Source: Ruminococcus sp.
GTDB taxonomy: Bacteria; Bacillota; Clostridia; Oscillospirales; Ruminococcaceae
Length of the DNA stretch: 64,000 nt
Assembly: GCA_045616285.1 (NCBI GenBank)
Contig: JAZLGM010000089.1
Span: 2,914 to 66,913, forward strand
Direction: 5' to 3'
Every line of letters begins with the position of its first letter. Positions within the stretch are counted from its first letter, which is position 1. Below are positions 18,262-27,910 of the stretch, piece by piece. The notes beneath the pieces were generated by a model, which worked only from the letters and a program-made list of their open reading frames with translations, made no database searches and had not been told where the DNA came from. The translations under genes and the position numbers were made by a program.

Positions 18262-19269
18262 ATGTTTAAAAAATTGATTTCTTCTCTGCTTGTCGGTACA
18301 ATGTTAATGACGGGTGTCTGCGGATGCTCTGATAATAGTGGTGAGGCAGACGGAGGACTGAGTATTGTATGTACTGTATTTCCCGGATATGACTGGTGCA
18401 GGGAGATACTCGGTGATCATGTTAAAGATGTTAATCTGACTTATCTGCTTGGCGACGGAAGTTCAATGCATGATTATCAGCCTGATGATAATGACATAAG
18501 AAAGATAGCAAAGTGTGATGTGTTTGTTTATACAGGAGGAGAGTCGGAAAAATGGGCTGACGAAATCCTCGGAGGCGCTGTGAATCAGAGCATGAAAATT
18601 ATTAATATGATTGAATTGCTCGGTGATGATACAATTGAACTTGAAGAGGAAGAAACCAATACAAAGAAACTCGGTAAAAAATCTGAGGAAGATGAGAACG
18701 GCGAAAAAACTACCGAACCCGAACCGGAGCCTGATATTGATGAACACGTGTGGCTTTCAATAAGAAATGCCGAACTTTTCTGTACATCAATTACAGATGC
18801 AATATGCGAAAAAGATCCTTCAAATGCCGAAGATTACAGAAGTAATTTTGAATCTTACAACAGTAAGCTGACTGCAATAGACAAAGAGTATAAACTCCTT
18901 TTCAATGACTGTAAGAAACACGCTCTCATTTTTGGTGACAGAAATGCTTTCAGATATTTTGAAAAAGACTATAATATTCTTTGCTATGCGGCAATAGATA
19001 AATGTCTGCACAAAACAGAAGCAACATATAGTGATGTTATAGCACTTGCGAAACAGGTTGATTATTTCAAGACACATTATGTATATGTTCTTGAAAATAC
19101 TGATACAACAATTGCAGATACAATTATTGAACACGTTGAAACAAAGAATCAGCACGTAAAGGTTCTTAATTCAATGCACTTTGTATCAAAGAAAGAGGCA
19201 GATAAGGGTGCATCGTACCTTTCATATATGCTTGAAAACTATGACGTTATGGAAGAGGCACTCAACTGA
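18262..19269 (+). CDS. Metal (Zn/Mn) ABC transporter substrate-binding lipoprotein, cluster A-I
   Basis: Lipobox-like CGC; MHDYQP and DEHVWLS metal-ligand motifs. Confidence 0.88.
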   Translation: MFKKLISSLLVGTMLMTGVCGCSDNSGEADGGLSIVCTVFPGYDWCREILGDHVKDVNLTYLLGDGSSMHDYQPDDNDIRKIAKCDVFVYTGGESEKWADEILGGAVNQSMKIINMIELLGDDTIELEEEETNTKKLGKKSEEDENGEKTTEPEPEPDIDEHVWLSIRNAELFCTSITDAICEKDPSNAEDYRSNFESYNSKLTAIDKEYKLLFNDCKKHALIFGDRNAFRYFEKDYNILCYAAIDKCLHKTEATYSDVIALAKQVDYFKTHYVYVLENTDTTIADTIIEHVETKNQHVKVLNSMHFVSKKEADKGASYLSYMLENYDVMEEALN

Positions 19270-19985
19270 TGAAAAAACAGATTTCTTGCAAAGATGTTTC
19301 TCTTGGTTATGAGGGAAATGTCGTAACATCAGGACTTGATTTCACCATAAACAGCGGTGATTATCTTTGTATTCTCGGTGAAAACGGTTCAGGAAAGAGT
19401 ACTCTGATAAAAGCACTTCTCGGGTTAAAACCTCAGATGAGCGGCGAAATAGAATGGTGCGGCGGATTCAGTACGGGAGATATAGGATATCTTCCGCAGC
19501 AAACTCCTGTGCAGAGAGATTTTCCGGCATCGGTTCAGGAAATTGTGCGTTCAGGATGCCTTTCAAAATCGGGATTCCGTCCGTTTTATAATAAACAGGA
19601 AAAAGAACTTGCGGATACGACAATGAAAAGGCTCGGTATAGAAAAATTTGCGAAACGCTGTTACAGAGAATTGTCGGGCGGTCAGCAGCAGAGAGTTCTC
19701 CTTGCGAGAGCATTGTGTGCGACACAGAAAATGCTTCTTCTTGATGAACCTGTAACAGGACTTGATCCTAAAGCGCAGACTGAGCTTTATGAACTTATTG
19801 CTGAACTGAATAAAAGCGGAATTACGATTATCATGGTTTCGCATGATATCAATGCCGCTGTGAAATATGCGAGTCATATACTCCATGTTGGAAAGAAACA
19901 GATTTTTTTTGGAAAAAAGGATGATTATATGAACAGCAGGGAAGGAAAGGCTTTCCTTGAAACGGAGGAACTTGAAAATGGGTGA
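19269..19985 (+). CDS. Metal ABC transporter ATP-binding protein
   Basis: GENGSGKST, GYLPQQ, LSGGQQQR and LDEP motifs. Confidence 0.93.
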   Translation: MKKQISCKDVSLGYEGNVVTSGLDFTINSGDYLCILGENGSGKSTLIKALLGLKPQMSGEIEWCGGFSTGDIGYLPQQTPVQRDFPASVQEIVRSGCLSKSGFRPFYNKQEKELADTTMKRLGIEKFAKRCYRELSGGQQQRVLLARALCATQKMLLLDEPVTGLDPKAQTELYELIAELNKSGITIIMVSHDINAAVKYASHILHVGKKQIFFGKKDDYMNSREGKAFLETEELENG

Positions 19986-20829
19986 ATCTGTTGATAAGCT
20001 TATATATTATTTCAGCGAATTCAGTTTTGTAAGGTATACATTCATAGTCGGACTTTTAATTGCGCTGTGTGCCTCTCTTCTCGGGGTTACTCTTGTACTT
20101 AAAAGATTCTCTTTTATTGGTGACGGTCTTTCTCATGTTGCGTTTGGTGCAATGGCTGTTGCATCTGTTCTGAAAATGACTGACAACAGTATGGTTGTGG
20201 TAATGCCTCTGACGGTGATTTCTGCGGTTCTTCTTCTGAGAACGGGACAGAATACCAAGATAAACGGAGATGCGGCAATTGCAATGATTTCTGTTGGCGC
20301 ACTTGCTGTCGGATATATGCTGATGAATATTTTTCCTTCATCTGCAAATATTTCAACCGATGTGTGCAGTACGCTTTTTGGTTCTTCATCAATACTTACG
20401 CTTAAACAGGCGGATGTATGGATATGTGCTGTCATGGCTTTGATTGTTGTTGCAATTTTTCTTGTTTTTTACAATAAGATATTTGCTGTGACATTTGATG
20501 AAAATTTCGCAAAGGCTACGGGTGTAAAGGCGGATGCTTATAATCTGCTTATTGCAGTTGTAACCGCATTGATAATTGTAATTGCGATGAATTTTGTTGG
20601 TTCACTTTTGATTTCTGCATTGATTATTTTCCCTGCACTTTCATCCATGAGACTTTTCAGAAGTTTCAGAAACGTAATTCTGTGTTCATCTGTAATCTCA
20701 GTAGTATGTGCGGCTGTCGGAATAATATTGTCAATACTGTTTTCGACTCCCGTTGGTGCGACAATAGTCATTTCAGATATTTTTGTATTTCTTGTGTTCA
20801 GCGGAATTTCGGTAATAAAAGGCAAATGA
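19978..20829 (+). CDS. Metal ABC transporter permease (ZnuB-like)
   Basis: GDGLSHVAFG, FDE.FA.A.G and VGSLLISAL motifs; GGAGG RBS before ATG 19978. Confidence 0.92.
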   Translation: MGESVDKLIYYFSEFSFVRYTFIVGLLIALCASLLGVTLVLKRFSFIGDGLSHVAFGAMAVASVLKMTDNSMVVVMPLTVISAVLLLRTGQNTKINGDAAIAMISVGALAVGYMLMNIFPSSANISTDVCSTLFGSSSILTLKQADVWICAVMALIVVAIFLVFYNKIFAVTFDENFAKATGVKADAYNLLIAVVTALIIVIAMNFVGSLLISALIIFPALSSMRLFRSFRNVILCSSVISVVCAAVGIILSILFSTPVGATIVISDIFVFLVFSGISVIKGK

Positions 20830-20833
20830 CATT

Positions 20834-20859
20834 CTCCCCGTTATTCGGGGAGTTTTTTT
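20834..20859 (+). terminator. Intrinsic terminator of the metal ABC operon
   Basis: ctccccg-ttatt-cggggag then T7. Confidence 0.85.
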
Positions 20860-20878
20860 AAAGGAGATGTTTTGAGTA

Positions 20879-21463
20879 ATGAAGACAATAAGAATAAAAA
20901 AAGCAGTTTTAATCGGAATCATGTTATGTCTGTGTTCTTCAGCGGTGGGCTGTGAACAGATTGTTCAGGAGGAATCTTCTTCTGAACTTGTGATTTTTAC
21001 TACTTCATCCGAAGAAGTTACGGACGAAAATTCTTTAACAGAGGCTGATACTGAAATTGCAGAGGAACAAGAAGGATTTACAGAAGAAACTGAAGAAACA
21101 TCCGAAACGGAAGAATATGAAATTTCCGTTGAAGAAATCGTGGATGAAACTTTTTCTGACTATGAGGAAAGCGGTTCATACGTTGAATATCATTTCAGAA
21201 ACAACAAACTTCTCAATCAGCATTTTGAAAAGCATGGTGAGGAATTCAGAGATGATTTCGGATATAATAATGCTGATGAATATGAACATGGTGCAAGTGA
21301 TGTAATAAATAATCCATCCGCACTGACGAAAACCGAAGCCGAGGATGGGGACTTTATCTACTATATTGAAAGCACCAACGAGTTCGTTGTACTATCAACA
21401 GATGGATATATCCGCACCTATTTCAGACCAAGCAAGGGAATAGATTATTTTAACAGACAGTGA
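20879..21463 (+). CDS. Lipoprotein with acidic linker and C-terminal toxin-like (BECR-type RNase-like) domain
   Basis: Lipobox AVGC, E-rich linker, then HFEKHG.EF...YY...TNEFVV....GYIRTYFRP. The domain assignment is from motif recall. Confidence 0.65.
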   Translation: MKTIRIKKAVLIGIMLCLCSSAVGCEQIVQEESSSELVIFTTSSEEVTDENSLTEADTEIAEEQEGFTEETEETSETEEYEISVEEIVDETFSDYEESGSYVEYHFRNNKLLNQHFEKHGEEFRDDFGYNNADEYEHGASDVINNPSALTKTEAEDGDFIYYIESTNEFVVLSTDGYIRTYFRPSKGIDYFNRQ

Positions 21464-21470
21464 GGAAAAT

Positions 21471-23288
21471 ATGAATCCAAGACTTCCGTATTTACGTGAA
21501 AAAACGGGAAAACTTACGTCATCTCCCGGAGTGTATGTAATGAAAAATAAGGAAAGTGCAATAATATATATCGGAAAAGCCAAGAATCTGAAAAACAGGG
21601 TTACAAGCTATTTTCGTGAAAATCCCGATCATACACCGAAAGTTGCGGCTATGGTGTCAAATGTATATGATTATGATTTTATAGTTACTGACAGTGAATA
21701 TGAGGCACTTCTGCTTGAATGTTCCCTTATAAAACAGCACAAGCCAAAGTATAATATTCTGTTGAAAGATGATAAGGGTTATCACTATATAAGAATTTCA
21801 GATGAAGAATATCCCAGAATTACAGATGAGAAAAATAATCAGGCTGACGGAAGGTATCTCGGACCATATACAAGCAGTTTCATTGTGAAAGAAGCTGTAA
21901 ACGAAGCAAATCGTGTTTTCGGGCTTCCTACGTGCCGCAAGAGGTTTCCGCAGGAATTCGGAAAGGGCAGACCATGTCTTAATTACCATATTAAAATGTG
22001 TATGGGGCTTTGCAGGGGGAAAATCAGTCAAAATGAGTATCTCAGTACAGTTAATCAGGCGGTTGAGTTTATAAAATCAGGTTCTGCTGAATCTGTTGAG
22101 AGAATGCAGAATGAAATGAATGAGGCGGCTGAAAAGCTTGATTTTGAAAAAGCGGCACTTCTGAGAGACAGAATTAATGCTGTAAAGAAAGCCTCAGAAA
22201 AGCAGAGAATCATGAATAATGGAGTAGAATCAGCCGATGTAATCGGAAGTGCTGAATTTTACGATGGAGTGTATATCTCTGTGCTGATGTATCGTGAAAA
22301 CAGGTTGTATGATAAAGCGGTTTTTGAATTTGAAAAAAATTCAGAAGATTTATTGTCAGAATTTATGATTCAGTTTTATCATGAAAAAGGTGATATACCG
22401 AAATTGATTGTTGTCGATCATATTCCTGAAGAATCAGAACTTATAGAGGAAATGATTATAAATCAGTCGGGAAAAAATGTAAAAATCCATCAGCCGCAGA
22501 AGGGGAAACTTTTTGAACTGTTGAGGATTGCCAAAAATAACAGCGCAGAATATGCGGCTATAAAAAACAGCAGAACCGGAAAAGAAGTAATTGCGCTTGA
22601 ACAACTTGGTCAGAGTCTCGGGCTTGAAAAACCTCCTAAATATATCGAAGCTTATGATATTTCAAATCTTTCATCAGAATCAATGGTTGCTGGAATGATT
22701 GTATTCGAGGAAGGAAGACCTTTAAAAAAGGCCTATAAAAGGTTTTCTGTAAAGGAACAGGAATTCCAGAACGACTACGGAAGTATGCATGAAATTATCA
22801 GGAGAAGACTGATGCACATAATCAATCAGGAGGGGGATGAATATTTCAGAAGAATTCCCGATCTGATTCTGCTTGACGGAGGAAAGGGACACGTTAATAC
22901 GATTTCACCTTTGATTCGTGAACTCGGACTTAATATTCCTGTTTTCGGTATGGTTAAAGACAATAAACACAGGACTCGTGCAATTGCGACGGGAGGGAGA
23001 GAGATTCAGATTAATAATCTGAAATCAGCTTTTAATCTTGTAACTCAGATACAGGACGAAGTACATCGCTATTCAGTAAGTTATATGCACTCTAAGCACA
23101 AGAAGAAAACATACAGTTCTGAACTTCTCACAGTGAAGGGAATCGGCGAGAAAAAAGCGGCAAAAATCATGCTGAAATACAAAACAAGAGATAATCTGAA
23201 AAAGGCATCACCTGAAGAACTTGCACAGACAGCAGGAGTAAATGCTGAAACAGCTGTTGAGTTATGGAAAGTGATACAGGAATTATAG
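21471..23288 (+). CDS. uvrC: Excinuclease ABC subunit C
   Basis: PGVY.M, YIGKAKNLKNRV, IEAYDISN, DGGKG and HhH motifs. Confidence 0.97.
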   Translation: MNPRLPYLREKTGKLTSSPGVYVMKNKESAIIYIGKAKNLKNRVTSYFRENPDHTPKVAAMVSNVYDYDFIVTDSEYEALLLECSLIKQHKPKYNILLKDDKGYHYIRISDEEYPRITDEKNNQADGRYLGPYTSSFIVKEAVNEANRVFGLPTCRKRFPQEFGKGRPCLNYHIKMCMGLCRGKISQNEYLSTVNQAVEFIKSGSAESVERMQNEMNEAAEKLDFEKAALLRDRINAVKKASEKQRIMNNGVESADVIGSAEFYDGVYISVLMYRENRLYDKAVFEFEKNSEDLLSEFMIQFYHEKGDIPKLIVVDHIPEESELIEEMIINQSGKNVKIHQPQKGKLFELLRIAKNNSAEYAAIKNSRTGKEVIALEQLGQSLGLEKPPKYIEAYDISNLSSESMVAGMIVFEEGRPLKKAYKRFSVKEQEFQNDYGSMHEIIRRRLMHIINQEGDEYFRRIPDLILLDGGKGHVNTISPLIRELGLNIPVFGMVKDNKHRTRAIATGGREIQINNLKSAFNLVTQIQDEVHRYSVSYMHSKHKKKTYSSELLTVKGIGEKKAAKIMLKYKTRDNLKKASPEELAQTAGVNAETAVELWKVIQEL

Positions 23289-23408
23289 TGACAAATTTGA
23301 GTCTGTATTTTTGTGCATTTCTACAAAATATATAGTTTTCTATTGCTGTATGTGAAAATTCATTGTATAATGTTAATATATTACTTTGATAGGATGGGAG
23401 AACACATT

Positions 23409-24314
23409 ATGAGACTCAATAAATTAACATCTATACTGACCGCAATTCTTTTATGCTCAGCTTTCGGAACAATTTTGGGTGGTAATTATACAGCATTCGC
23501 TGAGAACAGTACACAGACAATAACATCCGAAGATATAGAGAATTCTGCTGTAAAACCTGTTGTTTCACTGCCTGTTATTGAAATGACTCTTTCAGAAGCA
23601 AGAAAGAACCCTGAAGTAACCGTTTCGCTTGCAGTAAGCAATGCGGATTTTAAATATTCAACAGTGGAATTCTGGACATCATTCGACAGCAGACTTGAAA
23701 TAGTAGGGAAAGAACAGGGAGTCTGCCCTGCTGTAAGAGGGAATGCCGCTGAATATCTCATGACAAAAATTTCATACTCACAGTACTATGACCATTCGGA
23801 TAATGAAATAAAAGACCTTAACGGAATACGTTTTATAGGTGCATCTGACAGTAATTACGGCAGAGACGGAAATTTGTTTTCGGTTACGGTAAGACTTCCT
23901 GACAATGTGAAAGCAGGGGATGTTTATCCGCTTGAAATTGCAAAGGTTACGAGAGAAAATGCGAATAATGATTTTGTAAATACTGTTTTTAAAAATTCAC
24001 TTAATGATCAGAACGGACTTGTGATGCAGGAATGGCTGCTTGAAAATGGTCTGAAAAACGGATATATCAAGATTGGAGGCGGAGTTCAGTCTGTGCCGGG
24101 AGATGCAAATCTTGATGGTTCTGTAACAATGGCGGATGCTGTTGCAATACTTCAGTACCTTTCAAATACAACTAAATATCCGCTTTCCGAAAGCGGATTG
24201 ATAAATGCAGATGTTTTCAACAAAGGCGATGGCGTAACAGGTGCTGATTCGCTTTCTATTCAGAAATTTGACGCAGGAGTAATAACATCGTTGCCTGAAA
24301 CGATAATGGAATAA
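23409..24314 (+). CDS. Secreted cohesin + dockerin protein (monovalent adaptor scaffoldin)
   Basis: Signal peptide; R. flavefaciens-type cohesin pattern (VSLAVSNAD.KY..FDSRL..YGRDG..LP...KAGDVYP.EI..MQ....GYI.I); dockerin GDANLDGSVTMADAV...NADV..GDGVT..D.L.IQKF. Confidence 0.8.
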   Translation: MRLNKLTSILTAILLCSAFGTILGGNYTAFAENSTQTITSEDIENSAVKPVVSLPVIEMTLSEARKNPEVTVSLAVSNADFKYSTVEFWTSFDSRLEIVGKEQGVCPAVRGNAAEYLMTKISYSQYYDHSDNEIKDLNGIRFIGASDSNYGRDGNLFSVTVRLPDNVKAGDVYPLEIAKVTRENANNDFVNTVFKNSLNDQNGLVMQEWLLENGLKNGYIKIGGGVQSVPGDANLDGSVTMADAVAILQYLSNTTKYPLSESGLINADVFNKGDGVTGADSLSIQKFDAGVITSLPETIME

Positions 24315-24381
24315 ATATATATTTTCCCCGGTTATGTATAAAACGTTAAAAACTTCCAAATATATAACCGAGGTGATTGAA

Positions 24382-25032
24382 ATGAAATTCAGAAAAACTG
24401 TTTTGGCGGCAGGACTTGTACTTACAATAATAATATCTGATACCTGTTCATTTATACGTGACGGAAGAAAACTTGAAGAACTGCGGAATAATGTTATAAG
24501 ACTCCATATACTTGCGGATTCGGACAGCGTTTATGATCAGGAAATGAAACTGAAAGTCAGAGATGCACTGCTTGATGCGGATATATTTGATGACTATGAA
24601 AATATTGAGGAAGCCGAGGAGAAACTAAGGAAAAGCATTCCTGAAATAATTTCGGTTTCTGAAAAGACTTTGAGAAAAAACGGATGTTTTGACGAAGTAA
24701 CCGCTGAAATTGAAGATACATTTTTTGATGAACGTGTTTACGGTGATATTACAATGCCTGAAGGAAACTATCGTGCGCTAAGGGTGAAAATAGGTTCAGC
24801 GAAAGGACATAACTGGTGGTGTGTAATGTATCCGCCGCTTTGCATTCCTGCTGCTTGTAATGTGGAATCTGATAATGATAAGGCAGAAGAACTGTTTGAC
24901 GAAAAGGAAAATGACATATTATTTCATCCTAAAAAATACAGAGTAAGGTTTGCATTATGGGATGAGGTGAAAAAACTAAGCGATATACACTTTGATTTTG
25001 TGCAGAATGATGAAAAACAAGAAAATACTTGA
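24382..25032 (+). CDS. spoIIR: Stage II sporulation protein R
   Basis: IRLHILA.SDS..DQ..KLKVRD and G...GHNWWCVMYPPLC motifs; GAGGTG RBS. Confidence 0.92.
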   Translation: MKFRKTVLAAGLVLTIIISDTCSFIRDGRKLEELRNNVIRLHILADSDSVYDQEMKLKVRDALLDADIFDDYENIEEAEEKLRKSIPEIISVSEKTLRKNGCFDEVTAEIEDTFFDERVYGDITMPEGNYRALRVKIGSAKGHNWWCVMYPPLCIPAACNVESDNDKAEELFDEKENDILFHPKKYRVRFALWDEVKKLSDIHFDFVQNDEKQENT

Positions 25033-25057
25033 CAATTCCAAAAGTATGATGTATAAT
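25029..25057 (+). promoter_or_regulatory. Consensus sigmaA promoter of infC-rpmI-rplT
   Basis: TTGACA-17 bp-TATAAT. Confidence 0.85.
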
Positions 25058-25067
25058 ATTATAGAAA

Positions 25068-25190
25068 ACAAAGCAGAACTATGCGTTCTCACCGTCGGGC
25101 AATGCTGAAACGGTCAATATGTTTACTGAACCATAATGGATAAGTGCGTATTGTGTGAGTGCGGATATTTTCTGCACTCATTTTTGTTTT
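25068..25190 (+). ncRNA. Ribosomal protein L20 leader (autoregulatory attenuator)
   Basis: Located upstream of infC; AAGCAGAA...GTTCTCACC motif and terminator hairpin tgagtgcgga-tattt-tctgcactca-ttttt. Confidence 0.75.
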
Positions 25191-25215
25191 AATTTATAGT
25201 CGGAGGTGCTTAATT

Positions 25216-25734
25216 ATTAGCAAACAGGAACTGCAGATCAACGAAGAAATACGAGATAAGGAAATTCTCGTAATCGACGCTGAGGGAAAGAAGCTCGGAA
25301 TTTTATCAGCAAAGGAAGCTCAGAAGATAGCTTTTGAACAGGAGCTCGATCTCGTTAAGATTGCTCCACAGGCAACACCGCCTGTATGTCGTATCATGGA
25401 CTACGGAAAGTATTGTTTTGAGCAGGCTAAACGTGAAAAAGAGGCAAAGAAAAATCAGAAGGTTGTATCTATTAAGGAAATCAGAATGTTCTCAACAATA
25501 GACACTCACGATTTTGAAACAAAAGTTAACCAGGCTGTGAAATTTTTACAGGGCGGAGATAAGCTCAAGGTTTCAGTAAGATTCCGTAAGAGAGCTATCG
25601 CACATCCTGAACTCGGAAATGAACTTCTCGATCGTTTCAAGGATGCTGTTTCGGCTGCGGGTACTGTAGATAAGCCGGCTAAGATGGAGGGACGCAGCAT
25701 AGTTATGTTTGTGAACCCCAAATCAAATAAGTAA
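25216..25734 (+). CDS. infC: Translation initiation factor IF-3 (non-canonical ATT start)
   Basis: INEEIR, DLVKIAP.A.PPVCRIMDYGK. GGAGG followed by in-frame ATT codons (25213/25216), the established infC autoregulatory start. Confidence 0.96.
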   Translation: MSKQELQINEEIRDKEILVIDAEGKKLGILSAKEAQKIAFEQELDLVKIAPQATPPVCRIMDYGKYCFEQAKREKEAKKNQKVVSIKEIRMFSTIDTHDFETKVNQAVKFLQGGDKLKVSVRFRKRAIAHPELGNELLDRFKDAVSAAGTVDKPAKMEGRSIVMFVNPKSNK

Positions 25735-25769
25735 GAACTGACCTGTTCTGAATTAAGGAGGACTATACA

Positions 25770-25973
25770 ATGGCAAAGGTTAAGGTAAAAACTCACTCAG
25801 GCGCAAAGAAGCGTTTTAAGGTTACAGGAAGTGGCAAGGTTAAGTACCAGCACACTAACAAGAGACACAGACTTACACAGAAGGATACAAAGCGTAAGAG
25901 AATTGCTCGTAATGCTGGTGTTGCAGGAAGTGCAAATGCACCTGTTATCAAGAAACTCGTTCCTTATCTTTAA
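25770..25973 (+). CDS. rpmI: 50S ribosomal protein L35
   Basis: [17 protein letters not shown]. Confidence 0.97.
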   Translation: MAKVKVKTHSGAKKRFKVTGSGKVKYQHTNKRHRLTQKDTKRKRIARNAGVAGSANAPVIKKLVPYL

Positions 25974-26031
25974 TTGATTGATCAATTTTAGGAAAACGTA
26001 ATTTGCAATTTAATTTTGGAGGTATAAGATT

Positions 26032-26385
26032 ATGGCACGTATTAAAGGTGCAATGATGACTCGTAAGAGAAGAAACAAGACTTTAAAGCTTGCTAAGGGT
26101 TACTGGGGTTCAAAGAGTAAACACTTCAAGATGGCTAAACAGGCTGTTATGAAGTCAGGTAACTATGCATATATCGGAAGAAAGCAGAAGAAGAGACAGT
26201 TCAGACAGCTTTGGATCGCAAGAATCTCAGCTGCTGCTAAGATGAATGGCATGAATTATTCAACATTCATGAATGGCTGCAAGAAGGCTGGCATCACTCT
26301 CAACAGAAAGATGCTCTCTGAAATCGCTATCAACGATGCAGCAGGTTTCACAGCTATTGTTGAAAAGGCAAAGGCTGCTCTTTAA
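26032..26385 (+). CDS. rplT: 50S ribosomal protein L20
   Basis: [12 protein letters not shown] and RQLWIARI motifs. Confidence 0.98.
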   Translation: MARIKGAMMTRKRRNKTLKLAKGYWGSKSKHFKMAKQAVMKSGNYAYIGRKQKKRQFRQLWIARISAAAKMNGMNYSTFMNGCKKAGITLNRKMLSEIAINDAAGFTAIVEKAKAAL

Positions 26386-26397
26386 TCATAACTGTAG

Positions 26398-26433
26398 ACA
26401 CGCTCCTTTATATTATTAAAAGAGCGTGTTTTT
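26398..26433 (+). terminator. Terminator after rplT
   Basis: acacgctc...gagcgtgt followed by T-run. Confidence 0.7.
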
Positions 26434-26500
26434 GTTAGAATCACAGGTACAGAATTTCTGTGCCTGTGAAAAACTAAATTATACGGAGGTGTCCGTACTG

Positions 26501-27283
26501 TTGGAAAACATTATTACTTCTAAAGATAACCCTGTAATCAAGCTGTATCGTAAGCTTTCTTCTTCAAAAAAAGAGAGGCTTCAATACGGCTTATTCGTGT
26601 TGGAGGGACTGCGTATTACTGAGGATGCAATCAGAGAGGACAGTGGTCTTTCACAGATTATAATTACCGAACAGGCAGCCGAGAAATATGGCGATGCACT
26701 TTTTCAGGCCGATTTGAGAAATACAAAGATTCTTGTCATTTCAAATGAGCTTGGAAGAAAAATAGCATCAACAGACAGTACACAGGGTGTGTTTGCTATT
26801 TGCAGAATACCTGTGGAAAGAAAAATGACTTTCAGGGAAAATGGTCGGTATGCTGTGCTTTACGGGGTTCAGGATCCCGGTAATGCCGGAATGATTATAC
26901 GTACTGCTGATGCCCTCGGAATAGATGGTATCATAATGTCGGGAAGCTGTGATCTTTACAGTCCGAAAGTTGTGAGGGCAACAATGGGAAGTATATTCCG
27001 AATGAATATATTTGTGGAAAATGACACAGACAGGCTTTTCGATATGCTCGAAAAGAATAATGTGTCGTCAAATGCGGCTGTAATTGATGCAGATGCTGTT
27101 CCGGTAACAGAGTGTTCATTTGATAAATGTCAGGCTGTTTTCATCGGAAATGAAGGAAACGGACTTCCTCATGAAGTGTCACACAGATGCACAAGACGTG
27201 TAACAATTCCTATGTGCGGAACAATCAACTCGCTGAATGCTGCTATGGCGGCAGGAATTTTGATGTGGGAGCTGAAAAAATGA
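26501..27283 (+). CDS. TrmH/SpoU family RNA methyltransferase
   Basis: QDPGNAG.IIRTADA, GNEGNGL and SLNAAMA motifs; GGAGG RBS before TTG. Confidence 0.92.
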   Translation: MENIITSKDNPVIKLYRKLSSSKKERLQYGLFVLEGLRITEDAIREDSGLSQIIITEQAAEKYGDALFQADLRNTKILVISNELGRKIASTDSTQGVFAICRIPVERKMTFRENGRYAVLYGVQDPGNAGMIIRTADALGIDGIIMSGSCDLYSPKVVRATMGSIFRMNIFVENDTDRLFDMLEKNNVSSNAAVIDADAVPVTECSFDKCQAVFIGNEGNGLPHEVSHRCTRRVTIPMCGTINSLNAAMAAGILMWELKK

Positions 27284-27891
27284 GTGGATTTACTGAATAC
27301 ATTGGATCACAGTTTGGAAATCCGAGGGGAATTGTGGGGAAAATATGCTGTCTTATAATGAATGTGATTAATCACAGAATGTACGTTCAGACAGCTTCGC
27401 TCATCAGACTTCCGGAAAAAAGCAAAGTTCTTGATATCGGATATGGAAACGGATTTCTTCTTAAACTTCTGAATAAAAAGAAATATGATTTGTATGGAAT
27501 TGATATTTCTGATGATATGAAGAAAGAAGCTGAAAGAAATAACAGAAGCGCAGAACGAGAGGGCAGACTTCATCTCGGTGTCGGTGACTGTTGCAGTTTA
27601 CCCTATAAAGAAGGAATGTTCAGGGCGGCAGCATCAATAAATACGATATATTTCTGGAATGACACACTTAAAGGTCTTGAAGAAATTAAACGCTGTCTTG
27701 CAATAAACGGAAAATTCTACAATGTAGTTTATACGAAGAACTGGCTTGATAAACTGTCGTATACAGAAAAGGGCTTTAAAAAATTTTCACCTAAAGAACT
27801 TGTTGAACTCGGATATGAAGCAGGATTTGTAAAAGTCGGCGTTAAACATATCGTGAAGGGAAAGAGTTTTGTTGTGATATATAAAAAGTAA
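27280..27891 (+). CDS. Class I SAM-dependent methyltransferase
   Basis: VLDIGYGNG, GIDIS and INTIYFW motifs; ATG overlaps the upstream stop. Confidence 0.85.
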   Translation: MSGFTEYIGSQFGNPRGIVGKICCLIMNVINHRMYVQTASLIRLPEKSKVLDIGYGNGFLLKLLNKKKYDLYGIDISDDMKKEAERNNRSAEREGRLHLGVGDCCSLPYKEGMFRAAASINTIYFWNDTLKGLEEIKRCLAINGKFYNVVYTKNWLDKLSYTEKGFKKFSPKELVELGYEAGFVKVGVKHIVKGKSFVVIYKK

Positions 27892-27910
27892 TACTGAATC
27901 GGGGTGGAAT

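Noticed and set aside
25159-25215. GTG-initiated N-terminal extension of IF-3 in the ORF track
   Set aside because: It lies in the L20 leader terminator; the SD position supports the known ATT start.
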